From positions 1 to 38,785 of the forward strand of contig DATDSA010000010.1 of assembly GCA_035291485.1 (NCBI GenBank): a stretch of DNA of 38,785 nucleotides, in the 5' to 3' direction. The notes under the pieces were generated by a model. The model was not told the origin of the DNA, searched no databases, and saw nothing but the letters and a program-made list of their open reading frames with translations. Origin of the DNA: Patescibacteria group bacterium. Lineage in GTDB: Bacteria > Patescibacteriota > WWE3 > 9FT-COMBO-53-11. This document shows, piece after piece, positions 23,858 to 32,240 of the stretch; position 1 is the first letter of the stretch; each line of letters begins with the position of its first letter. The position numbers and the translations under genes are program-made.

Positions 23858-26380
23858 TCACCCTTCCTCGTCGTCCTGCATCGCCGGTGGCGCGGTTGGC
23901 TCCTCCGCACCGGCGGCGACCGAAGGTTCGACCACGGTCTCACCCTTCTCCTCGGCAATCGCCATCCCCAGACTGAACACCCGCTCCGACCAACGCTTAA
24001 TCTTATCCTCAATCTCCGCCGCATCGCGCCCGTAGATCTCGCGAGAGTGCTCCACCGCAGCCTGGCCCTGATAGGTTTGGCCTTCGGGAGGAGCCAGGGA
24101 TATCGCCGAAAACGGCTTGGAGGTCATTCCGTCCACCAGCAGCTTGAGATAGATATGGTATTTATCAAGAGAGATCAGATCTTCCGAAGTGAAGTAGGGC
24201 AAGAATTCTTTCTCCAAAATGGCGGCGTCCGGCGCTCCCACCGAAAACAGCACCATCGTACCAATGTTTCCAAAAACCGCATCCTGCATGCTCTCCGGCA
24301 GTTGGGCCGTGTACTGATGGGTGAGGTGGAGATTAAGGCGATACTTCCGGGCCTCAGAAAGGATCGAGGCAAAGGAGCCGGAAGCAAAGTTCTGAAACTC
24401 GTCCGCGTAGAGGTAGAAATCGCGCCGTTCGGCTTCGGGAATGTTTACCCGCTGCATCGCGGCAAAATTGATCCGAGAAATCATCAGCGAACCCAGGAGA
24501 TTGGCATTGTCTTCCCCGATCTTTCCTTTAGAAAGATTGATCAGAAGAATCTTGCCCTCATTCATGATCTCATCGAGGTTCAGCGAGGAGGTGCGTTGAC
24601 CGACGATATTGCGGATCGTCGAGGACGACAAAAAGCGGCCGACTTTGTTTTGGATCGGGGCCACCGCTTCGGTGTGGAGGCGGGGGTTGGTCATCATCTG
24701 GGTGTATTCCTTCTCCCAAAACTCCCGCAGCACCGGGTCTTTCATTTTGTAGACAATGTACTTCTGGTAGTTCTTGTCGGAGAGAAGCCGGGTAATTCCA
24801 AGGAGGGTCGTCCCGGGAACCTCTAAGAGAGTCAGGATCGCGTTGTTCAAGAGATACTCCAACCGCGGTCCCCAGGAAACATCAATGAAGTGTTTCTTAA
24901 AGGCATCCAGGAGACCGGAAGCGAGCAAGTTCTTTTGGGAAGTGTCCTGCAGTTCCAGAAGATTGAGACCGATCGGGCGCTCGGTATCGGAGGGATCAAA
25001 ATAAACAACGTCGTTCACTCTTTCCGCCGGTACAAAATCGAGCAGCTCTTTAACCAAGTCACCGTGCGGATCCAGGACCGCCACTCCTTCCCCGTTCTGC
25101 ATATCCTGCACAATCATGTTCTTAAATACCGTGGTCTTACCGGTACCGGTTTTTCCGACCAGATACATATGCTGCCGCCGATCTAGGCGCTTAATTCCAA
25201 ATTTCGCAAAACGCTCCCGGAAAGTCGTCTGCGCAAAATAAGTGCAGTCGGAAGTGGGAAGATTCGCGGGCGGTTCCCCCTTTTTGTAAGTCGCCCAAGC
25301 AATGGCGGGAGTCTGCACGGAAACATTCGGCAGGTGGAAGATCGAAGCAAGCTCCGCGGTGTCCAAGACATAGGTTTTATCAGGAAATTCGCGCCGGATT
25401 ATTTTGTCTTTGAAATCTCCGATTCCTTCGGCGGGGGCAACCTGGATAAAAGAGTTCAAACTGGCCGAAGAGAACTGCCGGAAGGAAGCGGCAGCTCCCC
25501 GCAAAAGCTCGGCGCAGTTCTCAGGCTCCAGGGCCGCCGTAAAAACTCTCACGGTCGTTTCAAAACCCACTCGGGTCAGCTTGTCCTCAATCATCTTCAA
25601 ATCCAGTTCCTGCCCGGCCGAGAGCCGAGGCATATCTTGTTTGGGAGGAAGCGGTTTGGAGGGGGGCGTCAACAGGGAGGGATTGAGAAGCTGCTTGATA
25701 GCATAGGGAATCATTCCTCCCAATTCCTCGGTGACCCCGGTGCCGATCTCAGAAATACCCAAACCCATTTTCTTGGTTCCCGTCCGCACGTCATTGACGT
25801 ATTTGTGGCCCGCGGCCTGCCAAACATCCGGAACGGGGCGGACCAGGATCTGGAGCCAGATCCGCTCTCCCTCTTTCACCTCGCTCATCGAGCCGGTCAC
25901 CGCCGCCAGCGGGTCGACTTCGAAATCCCGGAAAGTCTTCGTGGGGAAGAAAGAATCCTTGGAGAGGATCAGACTGCCGCCGCAGGTGGAGAGACCGGAA
26001 AGATCGGTCTGCATGTAATCGTGCTCCATCAACCGGAGCTCCGCGGAAGGATACTGGGCGTAGATCTGTCCTTCGACAAATTCCTGCAGATGCTTCGGGC
26101 AGCGCACGTAGAAGTGGATGCCGGAAGAATCGGCGGCAATCTCAAAGGAGATGTGCTCCTGATGGGTGGGGTCGGCACGCAGCAGCCCGTGCAAGGAAGC
26201 AAACATTTGTTCCGAGGCCAGCGGCAGAAGCTCGTTCGCCTTCGGAACCCGAATCTCCATCAAGACAGTTTCCTCAAACTTGCGGGGGGACGAAGAGGCA
26301 CGACCGGACCGGGCCGAACGGACGGCCCCCATTACGGAAAGACCAAACAAACCAAAAACCAACGGTAGTAGTGTAATCAC
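23858..26380 (-). CDS. Membrane-anchored P-loop ATPase of the TraD/VirD4/TrwB (FtsK-HerA superfamily) type with an unrecognised ~380-aa N-terminal region
   Basis: GTG start. The N-terminal helix is MITLLPLVFGLFGLSVMGAV. Walker A is LVGKTGTGKTT and Walker B is FYLYADEFQNF, followed by RKYRLNLHLTHQ. 840 aa. Confidence 0.8.
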   Translation of the reverse strand: MITLLPLVFGLFGLSVMGAVRSARSGRASSSPRKFEETVLMEIRVPKANELLPLASEQMFASLHGLLRADPTHQEHISFEIAADSSGIHFYVRCPKHLQEFVEGQIYAQYPSAELRLMEHDYMQTDLSGLSTCGGSLILSKDSFFPTKTFRDFEVDPLAAVTGSMSEVKEGERIWLQILVRPVPDVWQAAGHKYVNDVRTGTKKMGLGISEIGTGVTEELGGMIPYAIKQLLNPSLLTPPSKPLPPKQDMPRLSAGQELDLKMIEDKLTRVGFETTVRVFTAALEPENCAELLRGAAASFRQFSSASLNSFIQVAPAEGIGDFKDKIIRREFPDKTYVLDTAELASIFHLPNVSVQTPAIAWATYKKGEPPANLPTSDCTYFAQTTFRERFAKFGIKRLDRRQHMYLVGKTGTGKTTVFKNMIVQDMQNGEGVAVLDPHGDLVKELLDFVPAERVNDVVYFDPSDTERPIGLNLLELQDTSQKNLLASGLLDAFKKHFIDVSWGPRLEYLLNNAILTLLEVPGTTLLGITRLLSDKNYQKYIVYKMKDPVLREFWEKEYTQMMTNPRLHTEAVAPIQNKVGRFLSSSTIRNIVGQRTSSLNLDEIMNEGKILLINLSKGKIGEDNANLLGSLMISRINFAAMQRVNIPEAERRDFYLYADEFQNFASGSFASILSEARKYRLNLHLTHQYTAQLPESMQDAVFGNIGTMVLFSVGAPDAAILEKEFLPYFTSEDLISLDKYHIYLKLLVDGMTSKPFSAISLAPPEGQTYQGQAAVEHSREIYGRDAAEIEDKIKRWSERVFSLGMAIAEEKGETVVEPSVAAGAEEPTAPPAMQDDEEG

Positions 26381-26469
26381 CGCTTTAAACGAGAAACTTA
26401 ATTTCCAACACCTTAAGCATACCTAATTCTACATCAGGGGTGCAATACCTTTATAGGTTGAAACTAGAT

Positions 26470-26497
26470 GGGCCTGGGCTAAATTTGGCCCAGGCCC
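26470..26497. other. Perfect 10-bp GC-rich hairpin upstream of the ATPase operon
   Basis: GGGCCTGGGC-taaatttg-GCCCAGGCCC. There is no adjacent T-run on either strand. Confidence 0.5.
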
Positions 26498-26554
26498 GAA
26501 GAAAGGAGAGAGACTACCAGTAGTTTAACAGTTAATAGTTTATAGTCAATAGTT

Positions 26555-26596
26555 GGAAAAAGATGGGAGCCCCGTTGACCGAAGTCATTGGGGCTC
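26555..26596 (-). terminator. Terminator-like hairpin after the 48-codon ORF
   Basis: On the minus strand, GAGCCCC-(16-nt loop)-GGGGCTC is followed by CCATCTTTTT. Confidence 0.45.
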
Positions 26597-26619
26597 GTTT
26601 CGTGTTGGGACGGCTATCG

Positions 26620-26766
26620 GGTGTAGCGGTAGAGTCGGGAGGTGACCTTGGGATCCATCTGCGAAGGTTGGGAGACCTGCGACAGACGGGCCTGGGTGTC
26701 CTTCTGCTCTCCGGCGTACAGCGAAAGCCGTTCCTTGACCTGGAGATCAAGAGCTGATTTCTTCAT
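26620..26766 (-). CDS. Possible 48-aa small protein (below the ORF-track cutoff)
   Basis: My own translation gives MKKSALDLQVKERLSLYAGEQKDTQARLSQVSQPSQMDPKVTSRLYRYTR. ATG is preceded by AGAGAGGAATGTG. A hairpin plus T-run follows. Confidence 0.4.
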
Positions 26767-26896
26767 CACATTCCTCTCTGATCTAGGATAGTTTAAATAT
26801 ACCAGACTATAGGATAAAAGTCAAGCCCAGGCCGACCTACCCCAATCCAGATAAACAGCGGATTTTTTCTCCCCGCCAAATAAGCTAAAATGGTTC

Positions 26897-26934
26897 CGTG
26901 GACGGCTCAGCTTCGTTGAACCTAGCATTTTTAA
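26897..26934 (+). repeat. Hairpin element copy, forward, directly upstream of the HAD hydrolase gene
   Basis: CGTGGACGG / GGCTCAGC-TTC-GTTGAACC / TAGCATTTTT. The ATG lies 22 nt after the T of TAGCAT. Confidence 0.8.
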
Positions 26935-26944
26935 AGAAACAAAA

Positions 26945-27601
26945 ATGAAAGCAGTAATCTTTGACCTCGATGGGACCCTGATCAACAACGAGTGGATCTA
27001 CGACCAGGCTTACTGTGTGGTCCTGAAAAGTTTGAACATTTCCTGCGACCAGCTCAATCACATCCCCGGAATCGGGCTTCAGGAAAACTGGGAAAGAATG
27101 GTTAATGATCTGGGCATCAAAAAAACCTCCGCCGAACTCGCCGCCCAGACTCGAGATGCCTACCTGCAAAATATCAACAAAGTCAAACTGAGGGATGGGG
27201 CCCGGGAGTTAATCTTCGATCTCAAAAGAAAACACACCCTGGCCATCCTCGGTACCTCCACCGGCAAAGAAACAGCAACCCAAGTCCTCCAGCAGATCGG
27301 GGCCGAAAAATTATTTGATTTCACCGTTTTCGGGGACGAAGTGGAGAACAAGAAACCGGCTCCCGATATCTTTCTTAAAGCGATGGACAAAGCGGGAATT
27401 CTGCCTCGGGAGACCATTGTGATCGAGGACTCGGCGGCCGGCGTCGAGGCCGGCAAGGCGGCCGGAGCCAAAGTGATTGCCATCAAGACGGATTGGTACA
27501 CCCGCGACCAGCTCTTTCGGGCCGATTTTATCGCCGATGATTTCGCCCACATCCTCGACCTTATCAAAAACGAGAAGACGCTCGATCACTCAACCGGGTA
27601 G
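26945..27601 (+). CDS. HAD-superfamily hydrolase (beta-phosphoglucomutase-like subfamily IA)
   Basis: Motifs MKAVIFDLDGTLINNE, GTSTGKE, KKPAPDIFL and IEDSAAGVEAGKAAG are present. Confidence 0.85.
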   Translation: MKAVIFDLDGTLINNEWIYDQAYCVVLKSLNISCDQLNHIPGIGLQENWERMVNDLGIKKTSAELAAQTRDAYLQNINKVKLRDGARELIFDLKRKHTLAILGTSTGKETATQVLQQIGAEKLFDFTVFGDEVENKKPAPDIFLKAMDKAGILPRETIVIEDSAAGVEAGKAAGAKVIAIKTDWYTRDQLFRADFIADDFAHILDLIKNEKTLDHSTG

Positions 27602-27690
27602 TGATGGAACAAAGATCCTGAGCAGAGCGAGATCACTTTATCTCCGAACACCGTGAGGAGACAAAGCTACCGAGCCGAAGGTGAGGTGGC

Positions 27691-27720
27691 TTTACAACCT
27701 CCCCACCTTGTATATATAAT
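27691..27720 (+). promoter_or_regulatory. Sigma70-type promoter for the RRM protein gene
   Basis: TTTACA (27691-27696), an 18-nt spacer and TATAAT (27715-27720). This implies a leader of about 80 nt. Confidence 0.55.
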
Positions 27721-27807
27721 AAACAGAGTTAGGGACCTGCGAGAGTGCTGACCCCGTTAGTTGGACCGCCTCTCTGTGTGCTCCCTTCGAGAGGTGGTGA
27801 AAATCAC

Positions 27808-28185
27808 TTGAGTCAAAAATTATACGTTGGCAATCTTCCCTGGGCAACCACGGGTGATGATCTTAATAAGATGTTCGCCGAGGTTGGCAAGGTGGAGGAT
27901 GCCGTAATCATCAGCTACAAAGACACCGGCCGCTCCAAGGGTTTCGGTTTCGTGACGATGAAAGACGACGACGCCGCCGAAGAAGCAGTTAAGAAATTCA
28001 ACGGCTTCGAGTTGGAGGGACGTGCCCTGATCGTCGACAAAGCCCGCCCAATGCGCGAAGAAGGTGAAGGTGGTGGAGAATCTCCCGCTGGCGGTGAAAC
28101 TCCGGCTGAAGGAGAAGCTCCTGCTACCGGTGAAGCCCCCGCCGCTGAGGAAACTCCGGCTGCTGAAGAAACTCCCGCTGCTTAA
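27808..28185 (+). CDS. RRM-type RNA-binding protein with an acidic Pro/Ala/Glu repeat tail
   Basis: TTG start follows GAGAGGTGGTGA. RNP-2 is LYVGNL and RNP-1 is KGFGFVTM. The tail is GETPAEGEAPATGEAPAAEETPAAEETPAA. Confidence 0.85.
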   Translation: MSQKLYVGNLPWATTGDDLNKMFAEVGKVEDAVIISYKDTGRSKGFGFVTMKDDDAAEEAVKKFNGFELEGRALIVDKARPMREEGEGGGESPAGGETPAEGEAPATGEAPAAEETPAAEETPAA

Positions 28186-28217
28186 GCGGGACGTTTTAAA
28201 GCTGTTATAGTTCTAAT

Positions 28218-29360
28218 ATGCGAAAGGCCCTGTCTCTTTCTAGTCCATCTAGAAAGCTAGCGATTTTCGATCGCGTCCTTTGCTTTCTGATTATCCCCCT
28301 ATTTATTCTCTTCCTGGGTAGTTTGCGCTTGTGGGCGCAAGAGTTGGTTTGGAAAGAAGAGGGGGTTATCTTCTCCGATCCCACCATCCATAATGTTGAA
28401 GTCACTCCCCTCCCCGATGGGAGGTTCCGGATGTATTTTCATCAAGGAGACCAGATGAAGAGTGCGATTTCGACCGACGCCCGCACTTTCCAGATCGAAA
28501 GCGGCGTTCGCTTAACCGGGTCGATGCCGGCAATCGTTAAGCTCCCCGATGGAAAGTGGCGGATGTTTTATCAGGTCGTTGAAAACGGCAAGGGAATATT
28601 CAAGAGTGCACTCTCATCTGATGGATTAACTTGGGCGGTCGAAAAAGGAATCCGTCTCTCTCCCGGCGGTGAGTTTGACCCTGACAATATCGTCCATCCC
28701 ACCGTAATCGCCCTGCCCCAAGGCGGTTACCGGATGTACTACGACGGGGAAGTTCGCCGCACCGAACAGGAATTCACCTGGAGGATCCTCTCGGCCACTT
28801 CGACCGACGGATTGACCTGGACGAAAGATCCGGGCGTCCGGATCAACGTCAACGAAGGCCCGCTGGACGCGGATCTGGTCTGGAGCTCCCATGCCGAATA
28901 CTACAACCTCACCAACACCTACCAGCTATATTTTTCCGCCCAGACTCCGGCCGATAATTTGATCGACGGCATCTACTCCGCCACTTCCGAAGACGGACTT
29001 CTTTTCACTGTCTCTGGTAAACCGGAACTCACTCCCACAAAGGAGAGCGGCGAATCAGGCACCGGGGGGCAGAAGGGGTCTTATCAAGATCCCTTTGTCT
29101 TGGAATTAACTGAGGAAAAAATAATGTACTACTGGATCAATGGCTCAGGAATATATTCCGCCCGGCTCGGGGAAGAATCACCCACACCGGAGCCCCAGTC
29201 GTTCTGGGAGACGCTGCAGCAGAAACCGGCGGAGCTCTGGGAAAAAATCAAAAACATTGGGCTCCCGGAAAATTTCGAACTCTATATTATTCCGACCATT
29301 CTGTTGATCACTGGAGCCGGGGCGGTAATCTACCTCTGGCGCTCGCGTCTTCGCCGCTAA
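28218..29360 (+). CDS. Membrane-anchored BNR/Asp-box repeat beta-propeller protein (sialidase / glycoside-hydrolase-like fold)
   Basis: Repeated S-x-D-G-x-x-W/F boxes are present (STDARTF, SSDGLTW, STDGLTW, SEDGLLF). An N-terminal signal/anchor and a C-terminal helix IIPTILLITGAGAVIYLW plus RSRLRR are present. Confidence 0.65.
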   Translation: MRKALSLSSPSRKLAIFDRVLCFLIIPLFILFLGSLRLWAQELVWKEEGVIFSDPTIHNVEVTPLPDGRFRMYFHQGDQMKSAISTDARTFQIESGVRLTGSMPAIVKLPDGKWRMFYQVVENGKGIFKSALSSDGLTWAVEKGIRLSPGGEFDPDNIVHPTVIALPQGGYRMYYDGEVRRTEQEFTWRILSATSTDGLTWTKDPGVRINVNEGPLDADLVWSSHAEYYNLTNTYQLYFSAQTPADNLIDGIYSATSEDGLLFTVSGKPELTPTKESGESGTGGQKGSYQDPFVLELTEEKIMYYWINGSGIYSARLGEESPTPEPQSFWETLQQKPAELWEKIKNIGLPENFELYIIPTILLITGAGAVIYLWRSRLRR

Positions 29361-30418
29361 TTGATCCCCACCGCGTTTTCCGATCCCAGGATCAAGGTAA
29401 TGTTGGCCCGAGCTTCCGCCCCCTCCCTTGGGGGCCGGCTATCGGAAACCCCAAAGATCCGCGCCAACCGGGAAGCTGTGTAGCTACCGGTCTCCATCAG
29501 CAGATACCCCTTTACCAAATCCTGCCGTTCGAAATTGGCCACCCGAATCACTTCTCCCCCGATGTTCTTAACAATCCTCGCCGCCTCCGAAGCCAAACCT
29601 CCCTCCCGAGTGCCGTTTAGTACCTGAACCTTGAGGTGCTCGGTTGCCAGAAGGTCGTCCCTGAAATAGGTGGAAATTTTTCGATCCAATCCGGTGGGAT
29701 CGTCGAGAAATTCCGGCGACAGAGACAGGTCGGCAATTCGATCGGAACGGACGTGCAGCAGATACCAGACCAGCCGAATAATCCCCGGGACATCCAAACT
29801 GATCTTGGTGGAGGATTGACGAACCGCCAGGAGCTGGGGAAGCTTGAGGATATTTGAAAGGACCAGCGCCTCTTTCACCCCGGAAACTCCCGGAAAAATG
29901 GACTGGAGCTCCTGCAAACCGGAGCGGTCAATCACAATGTAGCCGTCAATCGGAATCCCTAAGAGCTGCTGGACCTTCTGCGCCACCATCCCCACCCCGC
30001 CTTCCGCAGTGTTAATCTCTCCCAAACCGTAGAGTTCCTCCAGATTCTGGTAAGAAGTGGGGATTTTGATGGTCGTGAACAGGCCCTGGGTCGGATTGAA
30101 TGACAGCACACTGAGACTGAAGGTCTGGGGAGATTTGACGGCAATGTCCGATACTTCAAGATAAAGCAGGCTCAATGGCATCTCCCCATCCCAAGAAGAA
30201 CTGTTCTGGAAGTAGGAACCAGCGGCGGAATCGAGCGGGGAAAAGAAGATCTTCACAAAACTGTAAGCCCCGTTGACCAGCAGCACTCCCAACAAAATTA
30301 GCAGAGCCAACCCGAATTGGCGAATTCTCTTCCGGAATTTGGAGTGGCGTTGGAAAATCCTCCAAGAAGAGGAACGACGGGTACCTTTCCTTCGGATACT
30401 CCGATAACGTCTGGGCAT
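29357..30418 (-). CDS. LytR-CpsA-Psr (LCP) family protein with a LytR_C-like C-terminal domain
   Basis: ATG 30418 (MPRRYRS) is followed by a basic stretch and a TM helix. The LCP core shows IDGYIVIDRSGLQEL. The C-terminal region is KVQVLNGTREGGLASEAARIVKNIGGEV. The upstream part of the track ORF reads through a repeat element. Confidence 0.75.
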   Translation of the reverse strand: MPRRYRSIRRKGTRRSSSWRIFQRHSKFRKRIRQFGLALLILLGVLLVNGAYSFVKIFFSPLDSAAGSYFQNSSSWDGEMPLSLLYLEVSDIAVKSPQTFSLSVLSFNPTQGLFTTIKIPTSYQNLEELYGLGEINTAEGGVGMVAQKVQQLLGIPIDGYIVIDRSGLQELQSIFPGVSGVKEALVLSNILKLPQLLAVRQSSTKISLDVPGIIRLVWYLLHVRSDRIADLSLSPEFLDDPTGLDRKISTYFRDDLLATEHLKVQVLNGTREGGLASEAARIVKNIGGEVIRVANFERQDLVKGYLLMETGSYTASRLARIFGVSDSRPPREGAEARANITLILGSENAVGIN

Positions 30419-30551
30419 GGCGAGCTTTTTTATAGCCCCTCGACTACGCTCGGGACACCCTGAGCGAAGCCGAACGGGTGGCAAGGGCTCTAATCTATTG
30501 TACCGAAAAATGGCAGTGGTATTCCAGAGAAACAAAGTTTTTTGCTGGTGC

Positions 30552-30583
30552 AAAAAAAGCCGACCTTTTTCCAAAGATCGGCA
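30552..30583 (-). terminator. Rho-independent terminator after CDS 30605..31048
   Basis: On the minus strand, GCCGATC-tttggaaaaa-GGTCGGC is followed by TTTTTTT. Confidence 0.6.
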
Positions 30584-30604
30584 GGGTTCTCTTACTGCTC
30601 TTTC

Positions 30605-31048
30605 CTAGAAGGAAATCACTCCGGACCCGAGCCCGAGAAGGAGCATCAGAGTCGCCACGAACTGCACCCAGAGAAGGAGGTAGGGACGCTGCCAGACCGA
30701 GCGCTGGTCTTCGGCCGCCATTCCCCGCCATCCCTTGACAAACACAGCGATGGTCCAGACCGCCAGGACCAGAGCCGCCAAGAGCGCCCCATCCCGCCCT
30801 AGCAGGGCGACGGTAGCAAAGGCCGCGGCGGTAAACGCCACATCCAACGGCCGGTCCCACTCCCGGTTCTCTACTATGAGCACCCGAAAGAAAAGGATCA
30901 AAACGTAGAGCCCTCCGGAGACGATCGCCATCGCCGAGATCCGAGCGTCCAGTGACTTCCCCCAGACACCGAAGACCGAGAAGACCCCCAGAAAAAGCGC
31001 CACCGTCAGAAGAGTGGCCACTACCTGACCGAGAACGAGTCGACGCAT
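30605..31048 (-). CDS. Small integral membrane protein, unknown function
   Basis: 147 aa with four or five hydrophobic segments. ATG is preceded by AAAGGAGAG. Confidence 0.65.
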   Translation of the reverse strand: MRRLVLGQVVATLLTVALFLGVFSVFGVWGKSLDARISAMAIVSGGLYVLILFFRVLIVENREWDRPLDVAFTAAAFATVALLGRDGALLAALVLAVWTIAVFVKGWRGMAAEDQRSVWQRPYLLLWVQFVATLMLLLGLGSGVISF

Positions 31049-31129
31049 TTCTGCTCTCCTTTTCGAGGTTTGGCAAGAACTATAACACAGGTTGGAAGCG
31101 AATAAAAGGTACTATTCAAACATAGTATA

Positions 31130-31846
31130 CTATGAGGAATGGTTGAGTGGCTTTAGAAAGGAAAGTACCTTCTTCAAATCGTCCGGTAGATCGGCCTCGA
31201 AGCGCATCCGCGCCCCGGAGACGGGATGAGTAAAGGTGAGAGAGGCCGCATGGAGAAAAAGCCGCGGGCAGAATTCCAGGTCCGCCTTTAACCGCTTTTC
31301 CGAAAGATAGAGAGGATCACTTACAACCGGGTGTTGAATGTGGGAGAAATGCACTCGAATTTGATGGGTCCGGCCGGTGAGTGGGTGAACTTTAATGAAT
31401 GAGCAAATTTCTTCCCCATTCTTTATAATTTCCTCTCGCCGATAAGAGGTCGTGGATTCGCGGCCGCCGGCCACCACCGCAAACCTTCTCCGAAAACGCG
31501 GGTGGCGGTCGATCGGCTCGCTGATCTCTCCTTTCAGATCAGTCTTCCCGTGAACCAACGCTAGATATTCCTTATCCACCGCCCGCTCCTTAAATTGAGC
31601 CTGCAGTTTCTCGAATGCTTCTTGCGTTTTTGCCACCACCAGAATCCCGGAGGTTTCCTTATCGAGACGGTGAACGATACCAGCCCGGCCGCCGATCCCC
31701 TCCTCCGATTTTCTGATACCGAGGTACTTCTCCAATTCGTCCTGGAGAGTGGTTTCGTTTACAGTGGTTTCGGCCCGGTTGACGGTTTGACCGGCGGGTT
31801 TAGAGAGGACTAAAAGATCCGCATCCTCAAAAATCGCATCAAGCAC
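31130..31846 (-). CDS. RluA-family pseudouridine synthase (no S4 domain)
   Basis: The catalytic motif HRLDKETSGILVVAKT and the downstream motif GRTHQIRVH are present. Confidence 0.9.
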   Translation of the reverse strand: MLDAIFEDADLLVLSKPAGQTVNRAETTVNETTLQDELEKYLGIRKSEEGIGGRAGIVHRLDKETSGILVVAKTQEAFEKLQAQFKERAVDKEYLALVHGKTDLKGEISEPIDRHPRFRRRFAVVAGGRESTTSYRREEIIKNGEEICSFIKVHPLTGRTHQIRVHFSHIQHPVVSDPLYLSEKRLKADLEFCPRLFLHAASLTFTHPVSGARMRFEADLPDDLKKVLSFLKPLNHSS

Positions 31847-32240
31847 CTTCTTTGAGGGAGAGTTTTTTCTCGCAATCCAAACCGTAACGCGCCTGGGGAT
31901 AGACCTTTAAACGGGAACGCTCAATCGGCTGGCCGCAGTTCTCGCAGATCCCGTATTTACCGATCTTCATTTTTGAAAGCGCTAGGCGCGTCTCCATCAG
32001 GAGCTTCTCCAAAATTCCCTGCTCGACCGCGATGCGTTCCTGGCTCAAACCTTCGGTCGCCTGCTCAACAAATTCGGCGGAAGGAAGGGAACCGACTTCG
32101 GGACGGGATACCAAACTCTCTTTACCCAACCGCTCTTTTTCTTGAGCCAACCGATTCTCCTGAGCGGTAAGGTCTTTCCGAGCCTTATCCAACAAACGGG
32201 CGGGAACAAGTTTGCCAGCTTTATTCTTGTTAACCATCAC
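31839..32240 (-). CDS. DksA/TraR-family zinc-finger protein
   Basis: A coiled-coil N-terminus is followed by CENCGQPIERSRLKVYPQARYGLDC. It overlaps both neighbouring genes by a few nt, which suggests an operon. Confidence 0.7.
   Translation of the reverse strand: MMVNKNKAGKLVPARLLDKARKDLTAQENRLAQEKERLGKESLVSRPEVGSLPSAEFVEQATEGLSQERIAVEQGILEKLLMETRLALSKMKIGKYGICENCGQPIERSRLKVYPQARYGLDCEKKLSLKEGA

Noticed and set aside
23639-26368. Plus-strand ORFs 23639..24826 (395 aa) and 25334..26368 (344 aa), plus several shorter ones.
   Set aside because: They are antisense to the ATPase gene, which has clear Walker motifs. The translations are Arg/Gly/Leu-rich with no start-site signals.
28256-28278. 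GCTAGCGATTTTCGATCGCGTCC, which resembles a reverse-type hairpin element, inside the 5' end of the BNR protein gene.
   Set aside because: It lies within the only plausible reading frame (MRKALSLSSPSRKLAIFDRVL...), the stem is short, and the outer boxes are incomplete. It may be chance or a domesticated remnant, so I did not count it as a copy.
30419-30574. N-terminal extension of the LCP ORF (MEKGRLF...LRSGCPERSRGAIKKLA).
   Set aside because: It reads through a terminator and a repeat unit. MPRRYRS at 30418, followed by a basic stretch and a TM helix, is the typical LCP N-terminus.
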